Part shown: one piece after another, positions 61,394 to 64,000 of the stretch | Numbering within the stretch: position 1 is the stretch's first letter | Layout: the number at the start of each line of letters is the position of its first letter | Source of the DNA: Azolla caroliniana | Taxonomy: Eukaryota; Plantae; Polypodiophyta | NCBI GenBank assembly: GCA_043228905.1 | Contig: JBHGNT010000006.1 | Span: 7,192,001 to 7,256,000 of the forward strand | Direction of reading: 5' to 3' | Length of the DNA stretch: 64,000 bases | Translations under genes and position numbers: made by a program | The notes under the pieces: model-generated | The model's database searches: none | What the model saw: the letters and a program-made list of their open reading frames with translations, nothing else | Told to the model about the DNA's origin: nothing

Positions 61394-61649
61394 TTAAACC
61401 CTAAACTGAGTGGTATTAGCGCATGTGGTTTAGTACATCTAGTAAGCCCATTTGACTCCATGATTGTGTGTTCGAGACGCCGACGACAAATCCGACCATT
61501 CCGCTCCTGTAGTGCCGCCACGTAGCACGTATACATGACCATAGGAAGAAAAGCCAAGACTTTGTCAGGTAAACTGACGCTATGTTCAAGGACATATGAA
61601 TGGGAAGAGGAAGGGGTTGGGCTAAGTGCTAACAGAGGGTGAGGCTCAA

Positions 61650-62300
61650 CGAGTCAAGGTGAATAACACCAGTTACAGAATCATAATTCAGTTTTGTTCA
61701 CTTGACTCCTTTCTTTCTCTCATTCTTATTATCTTGTCTATGATCTCTCTCTCACTCTCATAGTATTGAGCCTCGTCTACTTGTCCATGACAGTTTGTTC
61801 ACCTTCCATCTCCAAAGCCTCATCATGTCAGATTCTACCGAGAACATAAATCAACTATTGGCAGCCATGCATCAACTTCAACTTGAAAATGAGAATCTTC
61901 GGGAATCTCTCAAGAAACTCCAAGCTAGGACTCCAATGGAATTGGAGAATGAAGAACCCAATGTTAGTTTACCCGACAAGTTCGATGGCACAAGGGTGCG
62001 TTTCCAGGGGTTCATAAATCAGATCAAGCTTATTATCTGGCTACAACCCCAAAGATATGCGAATGATTTTTGTCGAGTTGGCCTCGTTGGGACTCTCCTC
62101 TTGGGAGCTGCACAAAGCCGGTTCGCACCTTTGGTCGAAACATCATCGCCACTTCTCGACAATTTTTCTGCTTTCCTAGAATAGTTCGAGGCGACATTTG
62201 GGGATACGGATCGGCGTTGAACAAGCCTTACCAAACTTTATTCATTACATCAAGGTAAGCGCCCAGTGTTTGTTTATGCATCTGAATTTAGACAATTGGT
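61650..62300 (+). mobile_element. Tcn1-like Ty3 fragment: LTR 3' part (ends 61792) and gag pseudogene
   Basis: ...tccatgaca LTR end; gag VSLPDKFDG...GFINQ...VGTLLLGAA...FEATFGD...YASEFRQL with stops. Confidence 0.75.
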
Positions 62301-64000
62301 TCTTAATAATGCCATATGACTCTATTTATAGTACTGTCAGGAATACTCCTGAAGTTTCTAGAATGTTCTAGAGTAATCTGGAATATACATGAATTTTCTA
62401 TAGTGAAATAGTAAATGAAAATAATATCTTTTGTATTACAATGTATGGTTTAATGGTAACACAAGGTCATGGGTTCAAATCGTTTTGGAGTCATACCATG
62501 CCATATCATGACAAAACCTAGTTGAGCTTGATATCTGAACACCTTACAAATGAATTCCATAGTTAAGCATAGGACGGTTAAAATTTTGGTTATAATAGAA
62601 TTGAGACAATCCCATAAGGACCTATGACATGTAGTGGTGTGTGTCACGACTGAAGCTTCGAAGACGTTTAGTCGATTTCGAAGAAAAGAAGATAATAACA
62701 AAACAAGAAGACAATAATAAAATAAGAAGGCTATAATTTGTATTACCTAGAGACCAAGATGACAAGGGTGTTGAAGACGAACGTCGAACTAGAATGAATC
62801 AACACTAAGAAAATATTTCACTTACATCTCATACATGGGATCGCGCATCATCGCCACTTGGCATACATGCATGCATGCCATTTGGCGATCATCCATTGTG
62901 TACATTGCCACATAACTCTAATTAATAATAATATGAAATGTATCTTTGTTGAAGGTTATAGGTTCAAATCTTGATATTGACATTTCGTTATAGTTTGGGA
63001 GCCTTGGGTGTTGGTTTATATAAAACTAAGTTGAGTGTCAATAGCTCTAAAATAAGGATTATGCATGTGAAGAGCCAAAATAAGGATAAATAATGAGCCA
63101 CTTGAGACTATAAAACTTTAAATACCTTGGACTTGAAGTTCCCTCAAATAATTGATAAAATGAATGTGCTACCTATTGCTTAGAGGCAATAAAGAAAACA
63201 TATAATGCATTTGCGAATACAAGCAATGGCGAATTTTGGGTCCTCAAGAAATATTTTCAACACGTTGAAGACAACAATGCTTCTCTATGGGATGGAAGCA
63301 TCTCCACTTGAAAAGACTTTGAAAATGTCCACATGCATTCTCTTATTTAAAAGTTTCTTCAAATAAAAAAATCAACGCATATACCCTCCTCCTATTAAAA
63401 ATATTGAGATCACTTCTATTAAAAGTATCGAGAGACAACTATATAGGCATATAGAGTTACACACAGAGGTATATATGTGAAAACAAAATTTCTATTACAT
63501 ATGAGAGTAGCTCACGATGTTAGTCTTGCCAATTGCTCGTGCACCTTAGAGCTTAGATTGGATATAGACTAGTTTTATTAAGTCCGTGGACACAGACAAT
63601 AACACAATAATAGAACAATTTTGTAAGAGAAAGAGAGTGGATATTTATATTCTCCATTTGGTTTTCTTGTCACATTAAATGTCTAAGGCAGTTGGTAGTA
63701 GTGGGGATACTCCTTTTATGTCAATTGACGTATCATTTAATATGACTAGTTCCCTAGATACAAGCTAGTGCTAGATAGTACTTACCTTAAAGTCAGTGGC
63801 ACCTACTTTAAGACTAAGCACATCTTAACTTGCCATGAAAGAATATTCTTCTAATCAACCTAAATAGTCATCCCATTACCCCGCTTCCCTCTCTCTTAAA
63901 TACATTCTGTCCTACTCAACTACAGTTTGGAAAATGGGATGAAATACACTTGCTTCATGATGCATTTATAGATTTTTATGAATGAGGCATTTTTTCTATA

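Noticed and set aside
62320-64000. AT-rich tail with ttctaga repeats resembling an LTR piece
   Set aside because: No paired termini, TSD or credible ORF; left unannotated.

Overview
Eukaryotic nuclear DNA, probably from a non-seed land plant (inferred from the retroelement types and a PLS-type PPR remnant). It is mostly nested retrotransposons, with one host receptor-like kinase exon (44049-45354, -, running into a 100-N gap) and a PPR pseudogene. The centre of the window is a 30.6-kb nest (4680-35312) of Ty3/Gypsy elements with TGTCGTG...CGCGACA ends and a tRNA-Trp-type PBS. The nest splits one LINE whose reading frame rejoins across it. The strongest observation is that all eight insertions of this Ty3 group sit at 4-bp targets with a central CG (nCGn), even in AT-rich hosts, which suggests CpG-directed integration. 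The group also shows a candidate -1 frameshift site with a covarying pseudoknot between protease and RT, a conserved pre-PPT hairpin with a palindromic loop, a conserved U5 motif, and two gag-only non-autonomous members. Other contents: a young, nearly intact Ty1/Copia element, a Copia family lacking RT/RNase H, two Tf1/Tcn1-like self-priming elements, solo LTRs, a hAT-type MITE and LINE fragments. Boundaries and alignments were made by eye; family names are from recalled motifs, not database searches.
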